Below are positions 1 through 13,673 of a stretch of DNA of 64,000 nt, in pieces. How positions within the stretch are numbered: position 1 is the stretch's first letter; every line of letters begins with the position of its first letter. This DNA is from Octopus vulgaris (Eukaryota). The stretch covers positions 18,104,001 through 18,168,000 of the forward strand of contig OX597832.1 of assembly GCA_951406725.2 (NCBI GenBank), written 5' to 3'. A program made the position numbers and the translations under genes. A model generated the notes under the pieces. It searched no databases and was not told the DNA's origin. It saw only the letters and a program-made list of their open reading frames with translations.

Positions 1-21
1 ATTACACAGCCACGCCTGTAA

Positions 22-420
<399 letters not shown>

Positions 421-1082
421 GTACGTACATACATATATACACACAGACAGAACAGATAGACATACGTACATGTAGATAGGTATATATATCCAATGCAGTG
501 AGATATTAAGTGAGAGGCAGCCAGATAGGTTTGATTGACAAGCAAATAACTAGATTAAAATATACTCAAATAAAGCAAAATAAGGTGACCATAGAATTAA
601 AAAATAAAGGGAAAAAACAACTGCATCACTTCTTCTCACCCAACTAATACACATGTACTAAACTACACATATACACACCTCTGTATAGTACAATGTTATA
701 TACAACGGCACATCGTACTACCGTTCTCTATCTCTTAACAAGAATAAAGTCACCACCACCAACAGCAGCATAGGCACAAAAAAGAAAAAAATGGTAGAAA
801 AAATATGGAAAAAAATACAGAACTATAAAATTGTCTGCCGATCTGAATCTATTGTTCCGAGGATGTGGCGTGCGTGGGTGTTGAAATGGGTGTAAGAAAG
901 TGCGTACGTCATGTGACACAGTCACATGAACTGTTGGGTGTTTAGTTCAAGTCGAGACTCACTCTGCACTTGGTTGATGTAGTGGCTTGTCATACGCAGC
1001 TGATGCCCTTTTGCTCTTCACTGCGGTGTGACGGTGTCTGAGAAAGAGCGAGATATCGGAAGCGACGCCGTGTGTGTGATAA

Positions 1083-1098
1083 ACAGATAGATAGATTA

Positions 1099-1147
<49 letters not shown>

Positions 1148-1148
1148 C

Positions 1149-1231
<83 letters not shown>
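1083..1231. repeat. (GATA)n microsatellite
   Basis: Directly visible. Confidence 0.95.
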
Positions 1232-1233
<2 letters not shown>

Positions 1234-1915
1234 TGTTTCTTTATTAGCGACACACGGCTGAACACAGAGAGAACAAATTACAAAGTAGAGCTTTGCTTTT
1301 TGGGGAGAAAAAAAAGATAATTTGATAGATAGATAGTTAGATAATTCCATAGATAGCTAACGAGAGAGAGAGAGAGAGAGAGCGAGAGATAGATAGAGGG
1401 AGGAGGGAGGGAAGGAGATGAAGAAACAGTAAAAAGAAGATGGGCAGGAATTATTGGATAATGAGAAACGGGAACTGCATTCTAGAAAGACATTAAAATA
1501 GAAAGACGATGATCGAAGAAATAAAGCCAAGTGAACGCAGTGTGATAGATGAAAGGAGAAAGATAAAGACTGTGTGCAATGTTAGAGAGAAGAGCAAATA
1601 ACAAGGGAGAATATAAGAAATTCAGGCAGATAGGGGAGGGCAGAATGAAAAACATGGTGTTCGTTTTCTCCGAGTTTCAATTCTGAGGTGATATAGGCTG
1701 TACAAAGGTAATGATGCAGTTGTAGTGAATGAGTTGATGGTAGAAATGCATGCGTGTGTATGTGTGCCTAGTAAATGTGTATGTGTGTGTATGTGTTTGT
1801 GTATTCCTGGTGGAGTTTTACACTCTTGTTTACTCTTCGGTCAGGCCTAGTTCACACAGAGATGGGCTAAAAGGCATTCCTTACCATATCCAACCTGTTT
1901 TTTGGTTTGTAGGAG

Positions 1916-2223
1916 TTCCTTGTTTCTTTCTTCTCGAGGCACACCTGGCTCATAAGGGCCGATTTCCCGGTTTCCTTTGTGTATAGGTTCCCCACGTGGA
2001 CGGGACACCGGTTCGTCGCATGTGAGCTGCAAGATGCAGGAGGAAGTAGTGAGAGAAAGTTGTGGTCAAAGAGTCAGCAGAAGTTCGCCATTACCTTCTG
2101 CCGGAGCCGCGTGGAGCTTAGGTGTTTCGCTCATAAGCACACACATTGCCCGGTCTGAGATTCGAACCTACAATCCCTCCACGGCGAGTCCGCTGCCCTA
2201 GCCACTAGGCCATGTGCCTCCAC
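1916..2223 (-). mobile_element. tRNA-derived SINE (head type H4, tail type X)
   Basis: Minus strand begins GGAGGCACATGGCCTAGTGGCTAGG...GGTTCGAATCTC (A/B-box-like). Head matches 17243-17531; tail (AAACCGGGAAA...ATGAGCCAGG) matches 40575-40821 and 24843-25090. Confidence 0.8.
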
Positions 2224-3399
2224 AAGAGTTACTTAGTATTCTCTTATCTAATGCGTCCTTCCTCCAGCTGTTATACGGCTGCTATTTCTTGCAGGTTAAG
2301 TGACCAGGCTTACCATATCATAGGGTTGCATTGTGGTGCTGATGCTGAGTAGGGTTTGTTGTTATTACTAGTGGTAGTGATGATGATCGTGTCATGTTGA
2401 TAAAATAATCATTTGATGGTAATATAATATCTGTATGGCTTAAGTGCAAATCCTATGAAAGTCATCCAACATTTCCATCCTTTCATGTTTGATAAGCCAA
2501 ATACGGGCTCCAAAGTGGTAGAATTAAGCATCGGGCGTGTTTCTTCACAATGTATTTTACGGCTTTTTGATTCCAAGTTACGAATTACTGCTCGGTAAAA
2601 AACCTTGCCGGTACACTTGTTACCCTCTTCGTCGTCTCTCATATACGACTACGTCCGCGTCTCTCACTAAATGGATACTCTCCTATCATCGTAAGATATT
2701 TATGCCATAGATATAGTACAGAGTCTTCGAAGAGCCAGTGTACAGTAATCGACCTGTCAACTATTTCTTCAAATTAATAAAACAATTTAGTGCAGGTCGA
2801 CAGGAATTTTGAAACTCTGGAAACGATGTCGCCACTGCAGACAGTATTATGTAAGATGGCGGTGGTATATGTGAATCTGCGGTCATAATATGTGACACGA
2901 TTTAGTATAATGATTGTGTAATTGTGCTGTATAAAGAATAGTTGAAATATAATAATTTGGTGCGGTTATTATAGAATTTTGTAGTGTTTTACACTGTTGT
3001 ATAAATGGAGTATATGTTCTCACTACAGAGTAATTGGCTTGTGGGGAGCCGTCGCATAGCGCTATGAGTAACCGTACAGTGGCTGAAATAGCATAAGAGA
3101 AATAACTTCTCTTATCAGTTAGCAGCGTCCCCTGTCTGAAGGGGAAATAATAACTCTGAAATCCTTGCGTCTCACAGTGTAGGTAGGTGGCGCTTCGTAC
3201 TCATTTCAGTGTATTTACACGCTTTGTCTACCGGCAGAAATTGTCTCCATGGCAAAGTACGTTGAATGGCTTCTTTACGAATCCAAAATTCCATAAACAT
3301 CTTTGAACTGGTAATAATATTGAATTTATACGTTCATAAGTTAGAGATAGTGAGGATGCGTATAATAGTGGTTTTATGAAGTGATGGTTCTTTGGTCGA

Positions 3400-4720
3400 T
3401 GTGCACGTAAGCTACTGCTGTTTTTAAGGATACGCTTATCCCTCCTGGAAATCATCTAAGATTAAGAGCGTCCTTGCATTGAATAACGATATCTTTCATT
3501 CAGGCCTTGTGTATCTAAGACTACATTAAATAGTGTGATGCATTTTATGATTGTAGGGACGATTTTCATCTTGGATAACATCGGTGGGGATTTGAAAGAA
3601 CACTTCTGACTAGGGAAATCGCCTGATTTCACACTTAAAAAAGAACAATAATTAAAATATGAACGTGAGTAGCCCTGTGTACTGGTAAGCTATCCTTGAA
3701 CATATAAAGGGCAAAGAATAATTGATTAAGAGAGAAGTTAGAGATTCACAGTCTCAGGAATATCTGGCGCAATTTTTGATAATTATTACTCTATTAACTG
3801 GTGCACGTGTGTTTTCATAAGTGCAGGCCCAATGTTTTCTGCCAATTCATTATTGTTCCTGTGCATATACTTGTATCAATAACTTAAAAAAGGTTAATCA
3901 ATATCTTTGAAAACCTATATCTACGTGTTTCTGTACCTGTTCACATCTGCAGTCGTTGGTGATAGGCAAAGGCACACATGAAGGTTCTATATAAATAGTA
4001 TACGGTAGTGAGGTTTACAACACTAGAGGAGGGAAAAAGTATGATGTTGCTTGATGGATTATATATTTTAGTGGTCGCAATGTAAATAAGTTTTAAAAAA
4101 TTTTGCCGAATAAATTCTAGCTGTTGACGTATATATTTACAAAAACTGTTACCGTTGCATATCATACATTTCTGAGTAAAAGAAGTGATTGAAGCCGTAA
4201 TTCATTGAATTTCCTGTTCTGATAATTGACTTATGCTGAAACGAATTCCAGCGAAGATCAACTGAAATTATTTTCAGGCTATGTGCACACAAGCTTGCAT
4301 TTTTAAATGATCTCGAAAGCAAGAAAGGGATGGGGGAAAATGGAGATCTTTTTACAGTCTGTACGACATAATCAACAAATATCAGATACACTATACGTTC
4401 ATATTTAAAGAGGGAATATACCAGAATTATATATAAATAATTCGTATTTGATACTTCCCAGACACAATAATATGTACAAATATATAGTGCAGTATTAATT
4501 GCGGGGATTTCTCGTGTATATTATGTGGTTTCTATATCCAAGCATATTATTCTTAGCTGCGTTTCTATTGAGAATGTACACTGCTGGCAAGTTCTAAGAG
4601 AGCGGAATATGTGGAACTAGTTGTCTTGAATTTGCCACTATGACCAGTCGGGTTTTTACCTACAAGGAACAAGGAATCCCAGATTTTATCCTTACCAGGC
4701 TTAAATTATCTTTTGCATAT
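3400..4720 (-). pseudogene. Possible highly decayed RNase H-containing LINE (I/Nimb-like) ORF2 3' part
   Basis: Frameshifted minus-strand fragments occur in the expected order: LRIIC/GYR (~4550), IYSAKF..IYIA (~4100), NIILFPSS (~4030), NNELAEN (~3850), SRRDKRIL (~3445). Weak, by-eye similarity only. Confidence 0.3.
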
Positions 4721-4796
4721 TATTTAAATATAAGTGCTTAATCTTAAACTCAATACACATCATTAACTTCATTTTGTATGTGTCTAAAAATACACA

Positions 4797-4858
<62 letters not shown>

Positions 4859-4859
<1 letters not shown>

Positions 4860-5290
4860 CGGGAAGCTTTATGAAAATAAACAAAAGACGAAGGCAGGTG
4901 GAAAACAAACGAACAATTGTATTAGTATGGCGCTCAGGAAATATAAATAAAACAAGTCTTTAACGTTTCGAGCCTACGCTCTTCAACAGAAAGATACACA
5001 GAGAGAGAAAAACACAGAAAGAGGAGAGAAAAAAATCAACGAATCAACATGGCGATCTGATTTCGGCCAGAGGTCAAAGATCAAACATGAGACGCGAGAG
5101 CGAAATAAGGGGAGATAATAGGGTTGATAAAAGGGTTGACGGACCAGCTAAAAGTGCGTGGGAGGGGTCTGGATGTGTGTATGTATAGGGTTGGTGTATA
5201 TATTAGTATGTATAAGGGTGTGTGTGTGTGTGTGTGTGTGTATGAGAGAGTATTAGTGCGTAGGATTGGTCTGGACGTGCGTAATATATA
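4859..5290 (-). mobile_element. Family A (subtype A1) hammerhead-bearing element abutting (TA)n; Penelope-like non-autonomous fragment
   Basis: Closely similar to 10340-10640; terminus abuts a (TA)n tract; contains hammerhead motif. Confidence 0.75.
4957..4994 (-). ncRNA. Minimal type-I hammerhead ribozyme motif (family A1)
   Basis: Minus strand: TCTTT-CTGTTGA-A-GAGC gtag GCTC-GAAA-CG-TT-AAAGA (stem I TCTTT/AAAGA, stem II, palindromic ACGT stem III). Confidence 0.65.
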
Positions 5291-5297
5291 TATATAT

Positions 5298-5577
5298 CGG
5301 TAAAAACGGTAAGATAACAAAAGATATATATATATATATCGGTAAAAACGGTAAGATAACAAAAGAAAGAAAGAAAGCTCAATATTATGTAAATAGAGGA
5401 AATTTATTTGTTAAATATGTGACAATTATTCGGTAGCCAAGATAAAACTCTGAGTTTTAGATGCCGAGGTGGAAATCCACACCACCATCTAAGATAACCG
5501 AACAGATGATGTTGTGGATTTACACCTTGGCATCCGAAACTCAGAGTTTTATCTTGGCTACCAAATAATTGTCACAT
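5298..5577 (-). mobile_element. Family B fold-back element (palindrome 5417-5577) with duplicated 26-bp tail in (TA)n
   Basis: Homologous to 37221-37517 and 62522-62786; ~75-bp inverted arms; tail CGGTAAAAACGGTAAGATAACAAAAG occurs at 5298 and 5340. Confidence 0.8.
5491..5555 (+). ncRNA. Type-I hammerhead ribozyme motif (family B, degenerate core)
   Basis: AAGATAA-CCGAACA-GATG...CATC-C-GAAA-CTC A GAG-TT-TTATCTT; stem I AAGATAA/TTATCTT. Confidence 0.55.
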
Positions 5578-5587
5578 GTTATTTTAC

Positions 5588-5765
5588 AGCAAGGGATGGT
5601 GGCGACCCCTGTTGTACTATTTCGCCCCAACTTTCTCTCACACTTTCCTCCTGTTTCTTGAGTTACGCTGCGATGGACTCGCATCCCATCCAGCTGGGGG
5701 GAACATATAGGCCATAGAAACCGGGAAACCAGGTCCATGAGCCTGGCTAGGCTTGAAAAGGGCTC

Positions 5766-5768
<3 letters not shown>
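5588..5768 (+). mobile_element. 5'-truncated SINE (H4-type body, tail X)
   Basis: 3' part matches 40720-40821; body resembles the reverse complement of 2040-2100 and 17360-17400. Confidence 0.7.
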
Positions 5769-5841
<73 letters not shown>

Positions 5842-6289
5842 GTGTGTGTGTGTGTGTGTGTGTGTTTATGTATGTATGTAAATATATGTATATATGTCCA
5901 TATATATGCATATATCAATATATATAGAGAGAGAGAAAAAGAGAGAGAGAGAGAGAGGCAGACAGACAGAGAGTGTGTGTGTGTGTTAGATGTGATATAT
6001 ATATATACATATACGCTAACAAAAAAAAACACGTATAGATATACGAGCGTAATTATATGTACAAGCATAGTTACTTATATACACACATGCTAGTATTCTA
6101 TTATGGACGATTATTAGAGCTTCACTGATTATTAAATTTTTTATGTGTGAAATACATTGTCCACCAGCAAAGTATCGAGAATGAATAAGAACTTTCGGCA
6201 CGTGTCAAGGACATTCACAGATCGATAAGACGCCATTTTCTCATTGTCCTATGGTTTTTGGAAAATATACGCATGTTTCATTTCTTTTA

Positions 6290-7235
<946 letters not shown>

Positions 7236-7626
7236 TTTCTTTAATTTGCCACCAGGGCGTGGGATGAGAAAGACAGTATAAAGACAGACGTAAGTTATGG
7301 GATTTTACATCGCATGGAATGATGAGAAAATAATACGTGGGTGTGTGTGTGATACACTCATATACATGCTGTATATATTTGCACGCAAATATATATGTGC
7401 GTGTACGTATGTTCATGAGTGCGTTTATGTGTGTGTCATTGTGTGTGTGCGCGCATGCGTCTGTGCCACTTCGCGCGTGCTCTCGAGAGTGTGTCTTTAT
7501 CTAAGTATTACGACGTTGGATGACGGTAAGAAACAGAGATTAACAGGGCTTTGGGGATTTATTTAACTCTAACCGTTCGCCTGTTTTAGCTGTTAATGTC
7601 TTTTATTGTATTATGTTTGTTCTTGC

Positions 7627-7662
<36 letters not shown>

Positions 7663-8055
7663 GTTTGCCGTCTGATTGAAGGATGGTCGATTGCCAGTGA
7701 TTATGTGCTGTGGTGTAAAATTCGATTCGCCGTCGGTTTATTGCCGAAGATGAAAAGAAGCGCTAAACCAGTGCAGACGATCGCCTGTCTCCACCCAAGA
7801 CATTGAACGGTTGGAGAGGTGGGGTCTAATGTGTTGGAGCACTCAAGTATTTTCAAATAAGGCTATTACATAAAAAAAAAATGGTTTAGTGACCGGCGGA
7901 GGACTGTTCCGTGGTTTTAATGACGAGAGTTCCTATCATATTTTATTCATCGATATTTCTCTTCCATATGAAACAAACTCTGTCTAACATTACGTTCGCT
8001 TAAAAAAAAAAATTTGACAGCGTATATAGATTATGTATCTATCAATATTTATTTC

Positions 8056-8249
8056 GTTGTTGTTGTTGTTCTTGTTATTGTTATTGTTGTTGTCGTAGTC
8101 GTAGTAGTAGTAGTAGTAGTAGTAGTAGTTGTTGTTGTTGTTGTTTTTCTTCTTCTTTTTCTTCTTTTTTCTCTTTCTGTTTCTTTGCCTTCTTTTTCTT
8201 TTTACTCCCCCGCCACCTCCTAATTGGCTGCCTGCTACTGCTGCTGATG

Positions 8250-8283
<34 letters not shown>

Positions 8284-8643
8284 ACATCCCCTCTTTTTCA
8301 TCCTCCTCCTCATCATCATCATCATCACCATCATCATTTCCAAATGAAAAATATTCATATAATTATATCAGCAATATTATTTATTATAAATATTAATATT
8401 TATTAAAAAGATATCTTAATTTTGATATCCTTTTCATCACCATGTTCGCTTTGTCTTATGAAGTAGGAGTACCAAGGAAAAGTTAGGCATTAGTGTTACT
8501 ACATCACCTACATAATAACACGTGCAGCGATCATTAATCTGAGAGAGCAATCAATTCTGAAAGAAAAAAATAAATAATAATATTATCATTATTATTATTA
8601 TTATCATCAGCATCATCATCCTCATCATCATCATTATTATTAC

Positions 8644-8700
<57 letters not shown>
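8056..8700. repeat. Trinucleotide microsatellite mosaics (GTT/GTA/CTA/CAT/ATT)
   Basis: Directly visible. Confidence 0.9.
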
Positions 8701-8701
<1 letters not shown>

Positions 8702-9067
8702 CCTATGAATATTAATCCAGTGGTTAATCCATTAAGCATATGTTCTCACAAAAGACATGCTGGGTAGGCTGGTGGCCATTTAACCGCATCAAAGAAGGAA
8801 ACTCAATTAGCTTCCTATGATTAAGGCCACGACAACCAACTGCACCGAGGATGACCCTCTCGGAGATCTCGAGTGAGGAACTTTAAAATTAGTTAATTAA
8901 CAATATTGTAAATGCTGCAAGTAATGTGAACAGATGTATATCTGATAACTCAACTTGATAATAGGTGATATCACTGGACATACCACCTGTTACAATTTTA
9001 TAACCTATCCACTGATGTTTTACAGATACACAGAAACATTAGAACAAATAGATATCCCAATAAATAG

Positions 9068-9320
9068 ACATACATACGTACGTACATACATACATACATA
9101 CATACATACATACATACATACATACATACATACATACATACATACATACATACATACATAAATACATATATATATCAACGAGAAAGTGAATAGCTACGCT
9201 GAATTATTGAGAAATCTGCAGTAACTCCATCCAGATTACAAGTTCAGGTTTATGTCTGTAATTATTAGGGCTTTCATACCAATAGGACAAAAGTGAGGAC
9301 AAAGAGAGTGATAGATAGCG

Positions 9321-9416
<96 letters not shown>

Positions 9417-9435
9417 GGATGGATGGATAGATAGA
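9068..9435. repeat. (TACA)n and (GATA)n tracts
   Basis: Directly visible. Confidence 0.9.
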
Positions 9436-10339
9436 GAGAAGGAGAGAGATAGAGAGACGAAGTGACATAAAGTCTATATTAATTATGAACTTGTTTTTCT
9501 CTTACGCTTTCTTCCAACTTTTGTTCGATATCTCTACACGTCCATCAATCTAGCTGTCTCTCTTTCACCAGTTTGCCTTTCACACCCTCTCGTTTTCACT
9601 GTCAGATTTGTTTTTGTTTGATTTTCTTTATTTTTTCATGCCAGGGGGAGAAAGCGGGAAGAGATCTCTGACAACGAAGATATAACCAATCTTGAGGTGC
9701 TGGTCTTAATGCATTCGACGATTTCATTCGTCTAAACATGTTGGACACAAAGCGATGTTTGAGATTGTTATCAACATTATTTAATTCAGTCTTTGTAACG
9801 ACAAAGAGTGATTTTCGAGAGATTGCATATATATTTTTTTTCTTCTTTTTACATCTCATTGAGAGATAAGTTGCTTAATTGTATTGGAAAATATTTCTTG
9901 AACATAGTTGCAAAGTGAAAATTGATGACAGCTAACAAAACTGGATTTAATCATATTTGGAACAAGATTAATAAATATATGAACAAGAAATATAAGATGT
10001 ATGAAGATAAGGCACTAACAATTGCAGTTGCATATTTGTATATTCATTTTTATTTCAAAGATATTTTTAATAATCTTTTTTGTAATTGAGAAATTGCGAG
10101 TGCCAATATATTATTCGCTATTTCTCAGCATTGCAAAAAGATTTCGAATATGTCAAACATATACGGGATTTCTGAGCATTGCAGGGATAACAACTTGCAG
10201 TATAATTGTGGAAGATCTAAGTGAAGCAAAATACAGTATATCATACCTGTAGGTCAAGACTAGAACATTATACTATATATATGGCCTCAGCCGGATGGCT
10301 GAAACAAGTAAAAGAGTAAAAGAGTAAATATACATATAT

Positions 10340-10905
10340 AACGGGAAGCTTTATGAAAATAAACAAAAGACGAAGGCAGGTGGAGTACAAACAAACAATT
10401 GTATTAGTATGGAGCTCAGGAATATAAATAAAACAAGTCTTTTACGTTTCGAGCCTACGCTCTTCAACAGAAAGATACACAGAAAAGAAACACGGAGAGA
10501 AACAAGGAGAGAAAAAAATGCGTGCAGAAGCTAGCGATTCAACATGGCGATCTGATCCTGGCCAGAAGTCAGAGATCAAACGTGAGACGCAAGAGCGAAA
10601 ATAGGGGAGATAACAGGGTCAATAACTTCGCCCCAACATAAGGGTGCGTGTGTGTATAAGTGCGTATGAAAGGTCTGGTCGTGTGTATGTATGTATGATG
10701 TGATGTGTAATGTCGTATGGTGTAGTGTAGAGAGAGGAGATGGGGGGAGAGGGGAGGAGAGATGAGGGAGGAAAGATGCGGGGGGAGAGGGGAGGAGGGA
10801 GGGAAGTGAGAGAGGAGGGAGAAGAGGAAAGGTGAGAGTGAGGAGGGTGAGATGAGGGTGAGGGTGAGAGTGGGGAGAAGAGGGAGGAGGAGGAGGAAGG
10901 GGGAG
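10340..10905 (-). mobile_element. Family A1 hammerhead-bearing element followed by a purine-rich low-complexity segment
   Basis: Homologous to 4859-5290 over ~300 bp; terminus at a TA run. Confidence 0.75.
10438..10475 (-). ncRNA. Minimal type-I hammerhead motif (family A1, GUA cleavage triplet)
   Basis: TCTTT-CTGTTGA-A-GAGC gtag GCTC-GAAA-CG-TA-AAAGA. Confidence 0.65.
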
Positions 10906-10933
10906 ATATATATGTATATATATATATATATAT

Positions 10934-11790
10934 ATATACAAGTGGGCTGAAAAGAATAGCATGCAGTTCAATGCTGAAAAGTTTCAAGCTTTATGCTATC
11001 AGCATGCAAAACTAAATGCCATACCCAATAAATACACGGGACCTGGAGGGATTGCAATCCCAGAGGCACAATCAGTGCGAGACCTGGTTATTTACATGAG
11101 TGATGATGCAACCTTTTATGTGCATGTTGCTAAATTGGCAATGAAATGTAGGCGGCTGATGGAAACCATGATGGTCCTCTGGAGGACACTTATCCTAAGC
11201 CACTTTGACTATTTCTCTCAGCTATGGTCACCATCCAGTGTCAAGTTAATCACAGAACTTGAGGCGATCCAACGAAGCTACACGAAGAAGATAGCCTCTG
11301 TGCAGCATATAAACTACTGGGAAAGACTCTATTCCTTATAGCGTAGGCGAGAAAGATATGCCATAATATACATCTGGAAGATCCTAGAAGGACTTGTCCC
11401 AAACTTTGGCATCGAGAGTTACACAAATGCTAGAATTGGGTGCCACTGCATAGTGCCAATGACTCCAAATTTGCCATCAAGATATAGGACAAGATACTGT
11501 GATAGCCTGGGCTTCAGAGGCCCACAGCTCTTCAATATCCCAACGAAGAATCTGAGAGACCTGCAAGGGGTGGATGCAGATGTCTTTAAAATAAAACTGG
11601 ATCTCTTCCTGTCAGGTGTCCCAGATGAACCAACTTCACGGCAGGAGGTGCAGATGAGGGCACCAAATAGCAATTGCTAAAAAGCATTCATGAAGTAAAT
11701 TTATGTAGCATCACCAAATGGCGGTGCCCCAGCATGGCCACAGCTCGTGAGCTGAAACTAGATAAAATAAAATAAAAAGATAAAAAATTA
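10934..11790 (+). mobile_element. 5'-truncated CR1/L2-group LINE: ORF2 C-terminus (disrupted) + 3' UTR + A-rich tail
   Basis: KWAEKNSMQFNAEKFQ..., LEAIQRSYTKKI...YWERL, RRERYAIIYIWKILEGLVPN, GPQLFN...FKIKLDLFLSGVPDEP are typical post-RT motifs; stops and deletions present. Confidence 0.9.
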
Positions 11791-11797
11791 AAAAATA

Positions 11798-11958
11798 TGC
11801 ATATACATATAATTATACTATACATATACAAATATATATATGTATATATATATGTATATGTACATGTATATATATATATGTATATATGTATATGTATTTA
11901 TGTATATATATATATAAATACATATACTTATATATATACATATATATATACATACATA

Positions 11959-12024
<66 letters not shown>

Positions 12025-12060
12025 TATATGTATACATATATACCTTTGTATATATGTCAA
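11798..12060. repeat. Degenerate (TA)n/(TACA)n tract
   Basis: Directly visible. Confidence 0.9.
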
Positions 12061-12484
12061 TATGTGCATATATCTTTACATATATAGGTGTGCATGTGTG
12101 TCTGTGTGTAACTGTATATGTGTCTATAAATCTGTGTGACCCTGTGTGTGTGTGAGGTGGGGTGGATGTGTTCGCAACCTTTTAAAATGTTTATATGAAT
12201 ACACCTAGGTACGAGTGTTTCTTTTTTTATGAACAAATACGAAGTGTTAGGCACGTAAAAAAAAGTGTAAATACCTTAAGCCTTGCACAAACACATACAC
12301 ACATCCATTTTGACAGACATATAGAAATAGATACATCCGCATGAAGACATAGGTTATAAAACAGATTGCATTTAAAAGCAAAGAAATATATAAAGGGTGC
12401 TTTTCGAATGAGTATCTTCAAAAAATCTGATCCTGGTATTATAAGAAAAACAACACGTTTATATAGCAAAACATTTAAAAAAAA

Positions 12485-12498
12485 CTACTACTAATATA

Positions 12499-12557
<59 letters not shown>

Positions 12558-12624
12558 TAATACTAATGCTACTACTACTAATAATAATAATAATAACAAG
12601 AACAAGAACAACAACAACAACAAC

Positions 12625-12673
<49 letters not shown>

Positions 12674-12690
12674 TTTATAATAATAATAAT
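12485..12690. repeat. (CTA)n/(ACA)n/(AAT)n compound microsatellite
   Basis: Directly visible. Confidence 0.95.
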
Positions 12691-12994
12691 GAAAAATTAT
12701 AAGCCAATGGGTATTGAAAGGAAAGTGTGTCGGAGTAGAGGACATACTTAGTTTCGGACGTTGACACATATCACACCCTACCAAACAAATACTCGCATTC
12801 ACTCTCCATTCCTGACTTTTCTACTTTTGTTTAACATACTACCTCTCTATCTGTTCGTCTCTCTTCCTTTCTTTCTGTGTCTCTGTCTCTCTCTATATAT
12901 ATGTATATATATGCATGTGTATATGCATATAGATGTAGGTATGTACATATATGTATGTAGGTATGTAATGCATATGTTTTATTTGTTAAATTGT

Positions 12995-13031
<37 letters not shown>

Positions 13032-13222
13032 CTTAGATATATATGTCTAAATATATATATATATATGTGTGTGTGTGTGTTTGTGTGCATGTATCTACAT
13101 GTGTGTGTGTGTGTGTGCATGCTTGCGTTCATGGTTGTGTGAGTGTGCTCTCCTTATGTCTCACTCTAATTGCGTCAGCTTATCACTCCGTACATAAATT
13201 AAACTCATAACCTATCTATCTA

Positions 13223-13620
13223 TAGGAGTGGCTGTCTGGTAAGTAGCTTGCTTACCAGCCACATGGTTCAGGGTTCAGTCCCATTGCGTGGCACCTTGGG
13301 CAAGTGTCTTCTACTAGAGTCTCGGGCCGACCAAAGCCTTATGAGTGGATTAGGTAGACGGAAACTGAAAGAAGCCCGTCCTATATATGTATATATATGT
13401 TTGTGCGTGTGTGTGTTTGTGTGTCTGTGTTTATCCCCCTAGCATAGCTTGACAACCGATGCTGGTGTGTTTACGCCCCCGTCACTTAGCGGTTCGGCAA
13501 AATAGTCCGATAGAATAAGTACTGGCCTTACAAAGAATAAGTCCCGGGGTCGAGTTGCTCGATTAAAGGTGGTGCTCCAGCATGGCCGCAGTCAAATGAC
13601 TGAAACAAGTAAAAAAAAGA

Positions 13621-13621
<1 letters not shown>
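13223..13621 (+). mobile_element. SINE-1 (tRNA-derived head, internal microsatellite, LINE-like tail), near full length
   Basis: GGAGTGGCTGTCTGGTAAG...GGTTCAGTCCC head; tail GGTGCTCCAGCATGGCCGCAGTCAAATGACTGAAACAAGTAAAA; many copies in window. Confidence 0.9.

Positions 13622-13673
<52 letters not shown>

Noticed and set aside
10720-10905. G-rich purine tract (G-quadruplex or triplex potential)
   Set aside because: Low-complexity sequence next to a repeat element; no sign of specific function
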